Below, in pieces: positions 49,066-60,990 of a stretch of 64,000 nucleotides of DNA. The stretch is from Neoechinorhynchus agilis (taxonomy: Eukaryota > Animalia > Acanthocephala): contig CM121342.1 in the NCBI GenBank assembly GCA_051530055.1, positions 10,679,480 to 10,743,479 on the forward strand, given 5' to 3'. Each line of letters opens with the position of its first letter. Position 1 is the stretch's first letter. The translations under genes were made by a program, and so were the position numbers. The notes under the pieces were generated by a model. That model did not search any database. It was given only the letters and a program-made list of their open reading frames with translations, and was not told the origin of the DNA.

Positions 49066-49976
49066 ATGCACTATCCCAATTCGATTAACAAGTTTCTTAT
49101 CATCGAACTACAACAAAAAGCATTACTGCTCGTTAAAATGAACAACTGCGAACGTGAAAGTCATTTCTGTGGATATCCTAATTGTCATCGAAACTTTATA
49201 TTTTATGGGGATTTTCTATTGCATCTCGATAATGAACATCGCCCTCGGAATGGGCATGAGGGTAAATTGGAATGCCAATACAGACTCATACGTCGTATCG
49301 AACACAAATTGGCTAAGGAGAAGGCCCTTCTTGAACAAATGGTTGCACTTAGGCAAGAGCAGTTCATGCTGACATGCTCGGTCAAACGATATCAAGATGA
49401 GATGAACTTTAACGAAGACGCAAACCGTAACAAGATCCGCAAACAATGTTTTCCGGACGAAATATTCTGTCCCAGACAGGAGCCTATTATGCCACAAAAT
49501 TCAGGTTTAAATAAAGACCAAGAATATAAGGAAGAGATGTACTTAAATGCAGACGCGAATCGCGAAAAGGTCCGCAAACAATGCCTTCTGGTCGAAAGTG
49601 CGGCTCGGGGCAAAATCAGTTCATGCCTAGAAGCTCGGTCAAGCGATACCAAGATGAGATAGATGTGATTCGGGACGCTAAGTGCCCTAAGAGCGAAAAG
49701 CCCCGGTTGGATAGTTGGCACGAAGAACGGAAATTTATAGCCAGAATGGAAGCATTGAGTTTTTTAAATGGTAGATACTCTTTCTTTTCGGCGTACAATG
49801 TATGCAGCAAATTCTTTAGAAGCCGAGATGATTCGATACAGAGGATTTCCCCTTAAGCCCCCGGAGACGTATGTAGGCCTCATAAAGCAAGCCATCGCCG
49901 AAACTTCTGAACGGTGCCTTAGCGTACATTGCATCTACAAGTGGTTTCGCGATACATTTGCATATTTTCGTCGACA
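49066..49976 (+). pseudogene. FoxP-like transcription factor, forkhead domain truncated in this window
   Basis: C2H2 finger + leucine zipper (CGYPNCHRNF...FLLHLDNEH...IRRIEHKLAKEKALLEQM). Forkhead N-half KPPETYVGLIKQAI...IYKWFRDTFAYFRR. One frameshift near 49600 and a candidate 37-nt intron at 49771-49807. No second half of the forkhead domain was found. Confidence 0.75.
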
Positions 49977-50345
49977 GATTTCTCAACCGCATGTATACCT
50001 ATTCGGTTGTCGTTATTTTAGCAATTTACGCCGTTGAAAGAAATTTTTACTTTAGACCGATATTTCGAAGTTTCACTCCATCGTTAGGGTGCTGAAATAC
50101 ACACGCAATGAAGGTGGCACTTCGGTTCAAAGACGCCGCTTGAAGAATACTTTCTTGTTCCAACGATTTTAGCCTCTTGTAGCTTCGCAGTGTATTTGAT
50201 TATGTCAGCGAGAATCGGTTTGGTAAACCGCATGTTGATCAGTTGGTAGATTGTGGAATGATTTCTCAACCGATTGTAGAACTTTTCGAATGTCGTTATT
50301 TAACAATTTACGCGGTTGAAACGAAATGCTTGATTTAGGACGAAT
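49977..50345 (-). repeat. Two diverged ~65-bp direct copies (49977-50042, 50262-50326) in a possible PLE-derived remnant
   Basis: atttctcaaccg...tgtcgttattt.a.caatttacgc.gttgaaa is repeated. The minus frame ISFQPRKLLNNDIRKVLQSVEK weakly resembles PLE ORF N-termini. Confidence 0.4.
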
Positions 50346-51558
50346 ATTTCGGAGTATTATTGCTTCTTCGTCAGGGTCCTCAGAAATCCACTTGTTTAAT
50401 TAAAACAAAGCATTGCGATAGCTGTAATCGGTGTTGACGCAATGTGATTTCTGCCCGGTGCTCTGAATGTTAAAGTGAAGAAACTCATTGAAACGCGAGT
50501 AAACGGCGAACGTAACTATTTTTTCGCCGGCAATTTTAAAATCACTGGAAACTTTTTGAAAAGAGGGGGTGTCGCCCTTTTGTATGCCTTTTAATATGCG
50601 CTAATTTGATAGATCAGTTTAAATTGGTAGCGACTTTCGAAAAATTTCATTGGGGCGTGCAGATTTTGGAGCCGCTTTTCGAATCAACTTTAATAATGAC
50701 ATTGAAAACACCAAAAATAATCTGGCGTGTTGAATATCTATTTATTGACGTATTTTCATTTTTTCTGGTTAAACTCCTCGTCATGATTATTATTTGCGAA
50801 TTAAAAAATCAAAGAAAAGTATCAGCTGTGCGCACAATGGAGGATAAAGATATTTCTCCGTTCCCATCGGAACTTTCAGCGTTCGAACTTGTAACTTTAA
50901 GAGCGATAGTGATTCAATGACAAAGGAGATTGGATTTATGCTAAGAATTACGAATTCGGGAATGAAGCAAATGTATTTAGGAATTATTGTTCGGTGAAGA
51001 CCTAAGCAATAATTCCAATCATATTCCTCGGTACCTCATATATCGACATTTTCAGGTGTAGTAATTTCAATGAAATTCAAATCTAATCTTGGCTGAATCT
51101 TTTATCAGATTTCAAATCATAAGAACCATAATGCAAAAAAATCAACGTAATTACTAAGTTAGTGGTGATAAAAGTTTACCGCCGTTATGGCTTCGCTATT
51201 TTTTTGAGCTTCCGTAATTTTCCACCAATTGTAAAACAATAAAGAATCTATTTATTTTATTACACTTCAAATATTATTTTATTACTCATCCGAAGAAATT
51301 CTAATTGATGTATTGAATTTTTACACTTTAAACAATGATAAATATAATGGTTTAATTAATTTTGCTGAAAGAAGAATCACGTGTCCACTCAGAAGCAGCC
51401 GAGCACAAAAACGATAATTGGTAACAAACCAATCAGAATTCAAAGTTTGCTTTTAGCGCAGTAAGGGTTCAGACTACGTTCGCGTTGCATTTCAACTTAC
51501 TACCAACGCTCACAACATTATCTCTTAGTGATCCAAAGCTTCAATACAAAATTCAACA

Positions 51559-52656
51559 ATGCGTAGAAACGTACCCAACGACACCACAATCGGCGATGTC
51601 CTTCGAGAAATGGAAGAAGTTGTATATGAACAAAATCTTAAATTGCATCTGGATATTGCTGCAAATAAGGCAAAAGTCGTTCAGAATTGCCCTGATAAGT
51701 CCGGACAAAGTACACTGGATGAAATAATGAATCAGAAGGACAAGGCAGCAATTCTGGATTTGTGGGAGACAAGTATTCTGATGAAGGAGTGTAATGAACT
51801 CGTGAAACACGGCGATCAATTGAACAATTGTACAAACATCGCAGATTTTGGGGAAAGAATTGCTCTAATGAAGATGCATCACGCCAGAATCCGGGATCAA
51901 ATGGATCAATTAGATCCCATCAGATTCAAAAATGCGGTATCAGCTGCACTAGCCTCTCAATACCACCATCTATTAAGATTCGAACCACCTGTAAGGCGTC
52001 CAAAACCTTGGTCAGATTTAACGGAAGCTGAATGGAAGGTTGATTTAAGAAAAAGAAGGCAAACAAATGCTGAAAGAAATCTAAACAGATTAGCTCCTGA
52101 TCAATTCAAGAAAGTTGTATCAAATATTATGGTCGGCAATTTCGATCAGATTATAACTGGACCCAAATCCTCATTCATTCCATCAGACTATGATCCTTAT
52201 GATCGGATTAGAAATGTAGAGAAAAAATTGGCGTTTATTAGGAAACAAAGAGAAGATATTCGTGCCCAATTAAAACGGCTAGAACCAAAAACACGAAGTC
52301 AAGAATCTCTCAAAAATGAAATCCAAGATCTGGACAATTCATTGGTATTGCCAAGTAAAGGATGCTTTCATCTACAATCAGCAATGAGTCATGCATGGAA
52401 ATCGGTCGCCTCCTTAAAAATTTCATGGCCAGCGGTACGAAGGAGGATCGAAAATCTCATCCCGAATCGATATCCGGAAACGTCCAGTATGCGAAACTTT
52501 ACCTTCGCTAGTGCTAGAGAACGATTTAACCGTTTTTATGCGTTAAAGGAACCTCCAAAATTTCTTGAAGGTCGACCTATGATCAGACCGCCGCCGCCAC
52601 CACCTCGCTCGAGAGCTAAATCAGCTCATATCCGAAAAATGGACTATAAATACTGA
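51559..52656 (+). CDS. Uncharacterised 365-aa helical/coiled-coil protein with C-terminal PPPPPP
   Basis: Long intact ATG-initiated ORF in an AT-rich context, with AATAAA at ~52703. No family recognised. Confidence 0.75.
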   Translation: MRRNVPNDTTIGDVLREMEEVVYEQNLKLHLDIAANKAKVVQNCPDKSGQSTLDEIMNQKDKAAILDLWETSILMKECNELVKHGDQLNNCTNIADFGERIALMKMHHARIRDQMDQLDPIRFKNAVSAALASQYHHLLRFEPPVRRPKPWSDLTEAEWKVDLRKRRQTNAERNLNRLAPDQFKKVVSNIMVGNFDQIITGPKSSFIPSDYDPYDRIRNVEKKLAFIRKQREDIRAQLKRLEPKTRSQESLKNEIQDLDNSLVLPSKGCFHLQSAMSHAWKSVASLKISWPAVRRRIENLIPNRYPETSSMRNFTFASARERFNRFYALKEPPKFLEGRPMIRPPPPPPRSRAKSAHIRKMDYKY

Positions 52657-53994
52657 AGTACTTGGTCATCAAACGGTGACCTATTGTTTCCAATGTTTTG
52701 TAAATAAAAACACTTTAAAATTTCTGTTCGGAAAAACCCATTTAAAAACAATAGTTTTTACTGCGATCTTTTTTAGCCAAATAGTAGGGAATTTGAGTTA
52801 AATCATAAACGAAAAAAAAATAGTTTAAAATTTTATGTAAATTTATAATTAGTGTAGTACAGCTTTCAAACACTGCATAATTAATAGTTTTAATAATTTT
52901 AATCTAAGATATTCCTCCCATAACGAAACAGATATCTTAGCCTTTGCAAACCACAAAAAATGCACAAAAGGAAAGCTTTCAAATTTCCATTTGTTGCATA
53001 TGAGGAGATGCCAAAGTGCCTGTGAAATCACTTGGGTCTGTAAAACATACGGTATCATTAACAAAATATTTAGGCAAATTTTATCCAATAAAGTTTTATC
53101 TCTAGGTCAAATCTGATTGATAATTAATTAAGTCTTGTGAAATACCATTTGATTTTCCAACCGCATGATTGATAAAGTTTTATTTTTAAATTCCCACTTG
53201 GGCGGGCTGTAGGCATGGCGTTTGCGAAGACAATGCGAGCGAAAGCTCTGGACATCAGCTAGACAAAGTCCCATAACTGCTCAAAAAGCTCCTGAGGAAG
53301 CCGTAAGACGTCGAAAGCTCGAAAATAAAGATACTCTTTATCACTGCAACAACCCGCCCAATTGTCGATTTAAAAATAATACTTGATTAATTAAAGGATC
53401 TCGTGGTCGCATTTAAATGTGCTTCAATTTGAAGCTCTATTAAAAAATAAATAAAAAATTATGGTCTAATCTATCTACTTTTCCGCAAACCAAAGGTAGC
53501 AAAAATTATATACGTGTATTTAAGTTTCAAATAGACGGCGAATACACAATTTCCTATTTTGACAGAATTTCCACAAAATTGATACGATTTACCACCTTCT
53601 AAACATTTGGGTTTTAATAGAATTTTACGTTGTTATATGGCGGCAGAAAAATTGGAGTAATTTATTTATTGGATTCGATATTTCGGCTCAATATTGTGTC
53701 TTTATGGAGGTTATTTGTATTTTATTCGTACTTTAATGTCATCAATATAACGTTCGTCATTTTCTTAAATTTCATTATTTTGAAAGGTTTTAGGTTGTAA
53801 ACCCATTTCCATCTTCACAGAATTCAGAAAAGTAAAAACGAAGGTTTTATACTTCGATTGTAGAGCCTTATTTTTAATTACTGGCGAAAATAAGCCTAAA
53901 ACGATTGAATTTTAATGTCAGTTCGAATCAGTAAAATCGCTGACACAAACATCGCGTGCATCGTCGTTCGTGGCGGGTTGTTAAAAAAGTGATC

Positions 53995-54180
53995 ATGGAC
54001 AAATCCAAAATGGAAGATAAAAGGTTACCACCGTGCAAACATAAAGAACTTTCGGAAGCGGAAAAGGAAGGAGTGGAGGCGATAATTGCAAAGTACAAAG
54101 AACGGACCAGATTTAACAACAACTTCAAAACGGTTGAAGATGTGATTGAACGTCTGTTCGGTAAATCTGAAAATGAATAA
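53995..54180 (+). CDS. Possible small charged protein (~61 aa)
   Basis: ATG-initiated, purine-rich, protein-like composition in an AT-rich region. No homology recognised. Confidence 0.35.
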   Translation: MDKSKMEDKRLPPCKHKELSEAEKEGVEAIIAKYKERTRFNNNFKTVEDVIERLFGKSENE

Positions 54181-55523
54181 ATTGCTAGATATATTTAATT
54201 ATTTCTTTTTTTAAAAGACTTATGAAAACTAAAACATGCCGTTGTTTCATAGAATCGTCAAAAAAATTAGAATCCGATAAATCAAAAACTTCAAAAAAGT
54301 GTATACTTATTTTACAAACTTGAGCCTTGGAAATAAATTTTTAAGAAAACTTTTAATTCAGCTATTTCTTATGACCGTAAAAAGGGTCAATGCATTTCCC
54401 TTGTGCAATGAAGATATGAAATATCGATTAGACTTAAAAACCCACAATGAATCTCGAGCAGAATAACTTCATTAAATACAAAAACTATTGGGAAAACGTC
54501 GATTGTGTCGTTATAAAAAATTGCTATTCGTTTGAACCAATCTAGTTTTTCATTTAAAAAACGGATAATAATTTATTTTTTTTAGAAATACGATAATTGA
54601 TATTCGAGCCGATAATGATGACGAACGATACGAATTTGGCACAAAATCGATAACACAAAATGGGGAATTTATGGGAATAATTTAATCGTTGAAGATTGAA
54701 TTGTTTATATTGGTTGTTTTATGGCGAAGCAATTAAAATGATTTTTTCGGGCACGCAGTGAAACAAAATGGGATGGTTTCGATTATGTAGGCAATATTCA
54801 TTTGCCAAGTGGAAAAGGCGGACTTTAGGCTCAATCTTAGGACAATGTACATTGATCAATTCTCCACGTGAATTTTTTTACCTTAATTAAAAAAATGCGT
54901 ACGATATTGTGTGCGCTGAATCACCATATAAAACAACCAATAATTTAATTGATAAAACATACTGAATTGATCATATAAAAGAAAATCCATCGGGATTGTA
55001 AATTTTGACTTGTGGTGAAGATATTCCCAGTTAAGTATCGGCAATACAATGAAAGGCAATAAAGCGAATTTCAGCTTACAACTAGCTGCCAGTGACGTAG
55101 TAAAAAAACAATAGAACACACGATAAAGTGCAGGGTTTACAAGCGGATGCACGGTCCCCGAACCGTGTTAGATGATTGATAAGGTGAGGTTTGCTCTCTT
55201 TCGAAATATTTCAGAAGAATAAAATGATTTTTAACCGGGTGCTTCTCGTCACCACAAGTCAAAATATTGAATTGAGGAGATAATTTGTTTTCAAGTACGT
55301 GTGTGTAAACATTTTACCTACATTGTACTCGATGATCAGAACATGTTCAACTACCAGAATGCCAAAGGACTTTTTTAACCTGACCAATTCTTTAGGTTTG
55401 CTTACGTGTCATTGTCCTTTCTTTCGTTTCCTCATCTTTCCGCCTCTCCGCCTCCAAGCATGACGTCTCACACGCACATCGTCTTTTCACAATCGTCGAA
55501 CGCTTCTCATTTCGCTTTCAGGG

Positions 55524-56051
55524 ATGGTTCCGCCTCCGAAATCCAAGCAAGCGGATGATTTTGTCCCGGATCAAGAACGTCTTCGGAAGTTGGCGTCAAC
55601 AGCGCCGTCAAAAATTGGCGGAAAGGGCACTATAAGACGTCGTGCTAAAAGGACTCACCATCACCATCACCAAGGTGGCGTGGATGATGAACGAAAGCTC
55701 CAGGCGACTTATAAACGTTTGGCAATGAATACAGTATCAGGAATCGAAGAAGTCAATTTCTTCAAGACAAACGGTGAGGTTATGCACTTTACTAGTCCAA
55801 AGGTCCAGGCAAGTATTGGCTCTAATACGTTTGCTATCACTGGACCTTATCAAAGTCAAGAAATCGGGAAAATGCTACCGGGAATCGTCAGTCAACTCGG
55901 TGCTGATCTCTTCACTCGAAAATTCGCTAATGTGGTTCCTGAGGTCGCGGTTGAAGCACAAAGTAGCGCAGTAGCAGCTGAAACCGAAGATATTGCTGAT
56001 GAAATCCCAGAACTTGTGAGTGCTGATTTTGAAGAAGCGTCAATGGCCTAA
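55524..56051 (+). CDS. BTF3: Nascent polypeptide-associated complex beta subunit / BTF3
   Basis: KIGGKGTIRRRAKR...KLQATYKRLAMNTVSGIEEVNFFKTNGEVMHFTSPKVQASIGSNTFAITG...MLPGIVSQLG. Confidence 0.95.
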   Translation: MVPPPKSKQADDFVPDQERLRKLASTAPSKIGGKGTIRRRAKRTHHHHHQGGVDDERKLQATYKRLAMNTVSGIEEVNFFKTNGEVMHFTSPKVQASIGSNTFAITGPYQSQEIGKMLPGIVSQLGADLFTRKFANVVPEVAVEAQSSAVAAETEDIADEIPELVSADFEEASMA

Positions 56052-57837
56052 AAAAGACGGCAATAATGATGCGCTCATAATTGACAGTATTTGGCGGTCC
56101 TGAATAGAAAGAAGGTTGATTGATCTAAAGGTTTTACAGTTTTTATAATCTATTTCGAGTGTAAATGATACGTTATCCATGGCACACAGTTAAAAATAGC
56201 TTTGATCTGCTCTAAATTCCCATTACCGTGCGGTTTATTTGGTTTGGTTCTCCTTGTGGCATTGTTTTTGATGAAGATAGAGTAATCGTTATTTGAGCGA
56301 TAAACAACACTGGTACAAAACTATGGAAAATGCGGATTCGGTGAGCTCGGGGTCAATGAAAGCTTCTTAGGTTGGGTATTTTCTCGGGTTAGTATTTTAT
56401 AAATATCTCCGGAAAGTCTGCCGCACCGTCATGGTATTGGGCGCAGATCAGTGCTTACTTTACCTGGGATGTGTGCCCAAATTTAGCCGTGTATGGATAA
56501 CTTAATTTACATTAGAGAAATTGTGTTTTTTATCAAGAATACTGTCCAGCGATATCGTCGAATGATCTTTTATAATGGACCTAAAAAATTTAAGCTGTCT
56601 ACAAGTTGAAGTCGAATTATTTGATCGATTTAAACGAAAATTGTGTTCCATAAAAACATTTTTGAATCATTATCAGAAAAGTTCGAATTATAGTGGAGGT
56701 ACTCCCACGGATACGGGGTATTTTTTGCTAAGAAATATTTCGCGACACAAAACAAGTACTATTTTGTAAAGAAGTTAAGAAAAAGCGGATATCGATTTAT
56801 TATTCGTCCGTTTAGACGGATTTCTTCAGGTCTAAAAAGTAGAGGTAAGTCACGCGCCTGATCGTTGAAGCAATGACACATTCCAATCGAATGAGGTGGA
56901 TTATAAGCTAAAACTCAGAATAAAGTCACCGTGGCCTACTTCTTAGATATGAAGCAGTCCGACGAAACGAAATATTAATAATATCTATTTTTCTTATGAC
57001 CAAAAGCTACAATTTTGTAGATGACTGATAAGACGAGGCTCCCTCTTTCGAAATATTTCTTAATTCAATAAAATGCCTGTTAACCGCCAATATCTTCACC
57101 ACAATTCTAACTTTTTTTTAAAGGTGGACATCCACGATTTAGTACAGAAAGCAAATACTTAAAAACGAGGTTAATTTCCCAAAATCCGATTCAGTCAACT
57201 CATTGGAGTTTATCGAGACTGCCCATGAATTGCCCTTTCTCGTAGCGTAATAAAAGTGTAACTTACGTTCACAAAATCATCATTCCTTTTACACAAGCAT
57301 CCATAGTTACATATAATATAACTTCAAAAATAAGTGCAACTCTAAAAGGTTAATGAAGCTTTCTAGACTTGATGCAGTAATGTATTTTTCTAAGTGTGCT
57401 TTTTATATTATCTATTTAAAGACAAATCAAGTGGAAGCCACGAAAAAGAAGAAACTCGATTGATGTTTGAGTATTTCGAGTTGAAACAGGAAATCCTCCA
57501 AGAAAACTGCTTCAGAATCAACGACGGATCGAGCTTTTATTCTTACTCGAAATTTAGATCCCGACGCGGTTTGAGGTTTAGCGCAGTTATTGGCGTTCAC
57601 AAGACTCAAAGTGGATGTTCATTCGAAAGTTCAATGATTTCAACCACCAGCAAACATGCAAAAAAGGTCAACTCATTGCTTCTGCTTAAGTATAAAAAAT
57701 TTAAAATAAGATTTGTATCATGCAATCAACCTAGCAGACGAGATACTTTGCTAAGTGTTAAATGAAAACACGCAAAAACACATTGACGATCGGTGGTGCT
57801 TTTTATGATCGAAGGAATAATTTGACAATTCCTCACA

Positions 57838-58506
57838 TCACGGGATGGTTGCGGTTGCAACATTGAGCCTCTGTGTTAGTGCAGCGTGTCTTTTGGCGAG
57901 TATAAAGACGAGGAGACCGTGAAGAAAGAGAAATGATCCAAATCCAAATAAAAGTAGAAACAATCCTACTCTCATTGATTGATTATCGATCGGTCTTGAT
58001 TGAATAACAAGAGCCCATTTAACAATAAATAAGCCGAATCCACTGAAAGCTCCACAGCGGACAGCCAAAGTGGACGCTAGACAAAGTATAATAAGGAGTC
58101 CAAGACCGTTGAGGGCGAAAGCCACTGCAAAACCGAGGAGGAACATCCAAGCGGATCCGATATCGTCCTCTCGGCCACTGTACAGGTTTCTGTAGAAGTA
58201 TTCACTGATATGGAACACTCTTAAAGGGAAAAAGGCTTGATCATTACGCCGGGAATTTGAGGGATTAGGTGGATGCTGCGTGGATCCGGTGGCGTCACCT
58301 CCAGCGGGCACTTCAGGGACGTGATTGGTATCATATTTGTAAGTAAATTGTGGATCATCTTCATTGGACTGCGCAGTTCGTTCCTCTTGTTGTTGTTGTT
58401 TGTTTACTACATCTTTATAGGTCGGCGGAGGGCTCGCTTCATTATCGATTGGACATTGAACGGGGTTTGGTGCTGCTGTTGATGCTGCTGCGGCGGCGGC
58501 ACTCAT
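57838..58506 (-). CDS. NDFIP: NEDD4-family interacting protein-like (PPxY motif, three TM helices)
   Basis: PPPTY motif; IGSAWMFLLGFAVAFALNGLG...RCGAFSGFGLFIVKW resembles the NDFIP1/2 membrane region. ATG at 58506. Confidence 0.85.
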   Translation of the reverse strand: MSAAAAAASTAAPNPVQCPIDNEASPPPTYKDVVNKQQQQEERTAQSNEDDPQFTYKYDTNHVPEVPAGGDATGSTQHPPNPSNSRRNDQAFFPLRVFHISEYFYRNLYSGREDDIGSAWMFLLGFAVAFALNGLGLLIILCLASTLAVRCGAFSGFGLFIVKWALVIQSRPIDNQSMRVGLFLLLFGFGSFLFLHGLLVFILAKRHAALTQRLNVATATIP

Positions 58507-59453
58507 ACCGGATATCTCTAGAGTTGCTTTTATGATATAGTAGAAAACGTTAGCGGCATGCTGTAAATATCGACGAAAAAAGGAGAGGCTCAAGTAATGC
58601 TACTTTGGCGTTGTGCGCAAGTCGATAAAAAGGCGGCGACGATGTTTATATACGGGAAAATGGCAGAGAATTCAAAGACGTTTTGCTCTAATATCAAATT
58701 TTCGGCTGAGAAAATTAGACTGATGAGGAGAAATTAACTCGTGAAATGTTTCAAGCTCACACCAAAATTCTTACTTGATTATCCCGAACGATTTTCTTTG
58801 TAGAATGGAAGCAGAAAAAGTGAAGGAATTTATTGTACTCGGTGCAATCTTGGGTCTTTCATCCTAAAACATGAACAATTCAATCCAAAAAACCCACTTA
58901 TTCGCGGCTCGTTATTTTCGACAAGGACGTAGAAACAAACCGTGAAAATGTGTCATTATCGAGAGATATTTTTACACTTATTGAGTTTTTTCACAATGAA
59001 GGGCTTAAAAGTAATACGATTTGGAATTTTTTTAAAAACAAACAAAAATGATCGGCTCTAAATCTTAATTTTTTGTACGAAAAATACGTTTTTCTTTATT
59101 AAACCCGTTATTTCTGCAGCCGTAAACGAACGATACTTCAATCTCCCATGAAATAAGGTTACATGCTACCCTCCACAAAAACCAACTGAAAATACGTGAA
59201 GGCGTTACGAAATAAACGTAAAATGGAAGCAGAACAGCGCTTTTTCGTTTTCTTCCGGATACGGAATTCGCCTGTTTTTAGGATACGTCATAAACGCTCG
59301 AAAGCGATAAATTGGCAACGAAAAACATCGAGATTCGCACAAATTCTTTGGGAGAATTTTGCCTTATCACTCTCTAGAGCTTATTTCACGTATTCTCATC
59401 AAAATACAATTTCAGCATTCTTTAAACATTGTAAAGAAATTATCCATTATAGT

Positions 59454-59582
59454 TTCAGTTTCAATTAGCGATGTTTGATTCAGAAATTGATTTATCTTGA
59501 AAATTTTCGGCCTTTTCGTTGGTCTTCGAAGATTTTCAAGATAAATCTATTTCTGAATCAAACATCGCTAATTGAAACTGAA
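59454..59582. repeat. Inverted repeat, 56-bp arms, 17-nt loop
   Basis: 59454-59509 pairs with 59527-59582 with about 2 mismatches. Confidence 0.95.
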
Positions 59583-59769
59583 TTCTTTAAACAATGTATT
59601 CCTTTTGTATAAACCATTTCTAAAGAAATTACTGCTTTCGTATTCTGATCTAACTTGAATCTATAAAATCGTAAAATCACTCCATTGAAACCCATCGCTT
59701 CCTTCTCGGCATTTTTAAATTGGGAAATTGGTTGTAGGCCAGGCAAACTATCGTAAAAGATTTTCAAAA

Positions 59770-60990
59770 CCTGGCCTCCGGGATAGAATTGATCATTCTA
59801 GACCTGTTGAGTCTTCTGGGCTGTTGTATTTTTGGTTCTAATGTTGAAGCAGGGAGTGCCAATTTTCAACCTCAACTTTCGGTGCTGTGCGAACGAGTTG
59901 ATGAATTATCTTCACACGAGGCTCGTTTTCTGATCAAGAACACCATCTTTATTCCCTGCGCACAGCACCTTTTTTTAGACATAGGAAGAAGCTGGCAAAA
60001 GTGGACGAGACGGTGAAAGCTTCTCTTGAGAAAATTTTAAATACTCAGTTGTCGGACGAGGCTTGGCGACAAACTTCGTTGCCTGTGTTGTCCAGCGGTT
60101 TGGTATCTGAATAACAGACGATATTTCTCTGCCAGCTTATTTGGGATCGCATGAAGTAAGCCGCAAAATAGTTCCATCCGTTTTTGGCGAGAATTACACT
60201 TTGGATGAAGATTTCGTGGAGGCTCTTAATCTTTGGTGTGGAGATTCAGGCAGTGAGCAGGTCCCCGTCAATGGTTGCAAACAATCAGCTTGGGACTCAC
60301 CCTTGGTAGCGAGAATTCAATACTCTTTAATTTCCGATTCTCGTGACCTGGTGAATCGAACTCGATTGGCGGCAGTCTCTACAAGAGAATTGGGTGCTTG
60401 GCTCAACGCTATCTCAATCGCTTCTGTGGGTTCCCTTCTCTCCGACGAGACAGTAAGGATTGTAGTGTCCCTGAGATTTGGGGTACCGATGTGCACATCC
60501 CATCGCTGCCGTTGAGGAGCGACCGTGGAACCATCGGGGCGCCATGATCTCGTCTGTCGGCAATCAGGCGGACAGTACTCACGACACGCCGAAGTGAACG
60601 CAATTCTTAGTCGTGCCCTAAATACTGTGAATGATCAAAACATCCTAGAGCCGAGCAATCTCTGCCAATTCGATGGCCGCCGTAGACCGGACGGTATCAC
60701 TGTAATCCCGTGGCGAGAAGGAAAATGCCTTCTCTAGGACGCCATTCGCAGCCAGCAACATAAAGTTCGCCACCATTAAACCAGGGGGAGCAGCAACCAT
60801 CGCTGAGGAACGCAAAAGGACCAAATACTTTGACCTGAATCGAAATCATTGCCCAGGACCTGGTCAATCAATTGTCTAAGAGATTGAGACGAATCACTGG
60901 CGATCAGAGATGGCTGTGCAACGGGACGGAACGCTGCATCCCTCCTTTGAACCATTACACCAGGACGGCAGCTGAGTGATCCAGATCGTT
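59770..60990 (+). mobile_element. CRE-like 3' half, decayed
   Basis: LSLLGCCIFGSNVE, SSHEARFLIKN, GAWLNAI, LRFGVPMC, YSRHAEVN, RPDGITVIPWREGKCLL. Confidence 0.85.

Noticed and set aside
58719-58750. Hammerhead ribozyme (ctgatgag...gaaa)
   Set aside because: Stem II does not close onto GAAA, and there are no stems I/III.
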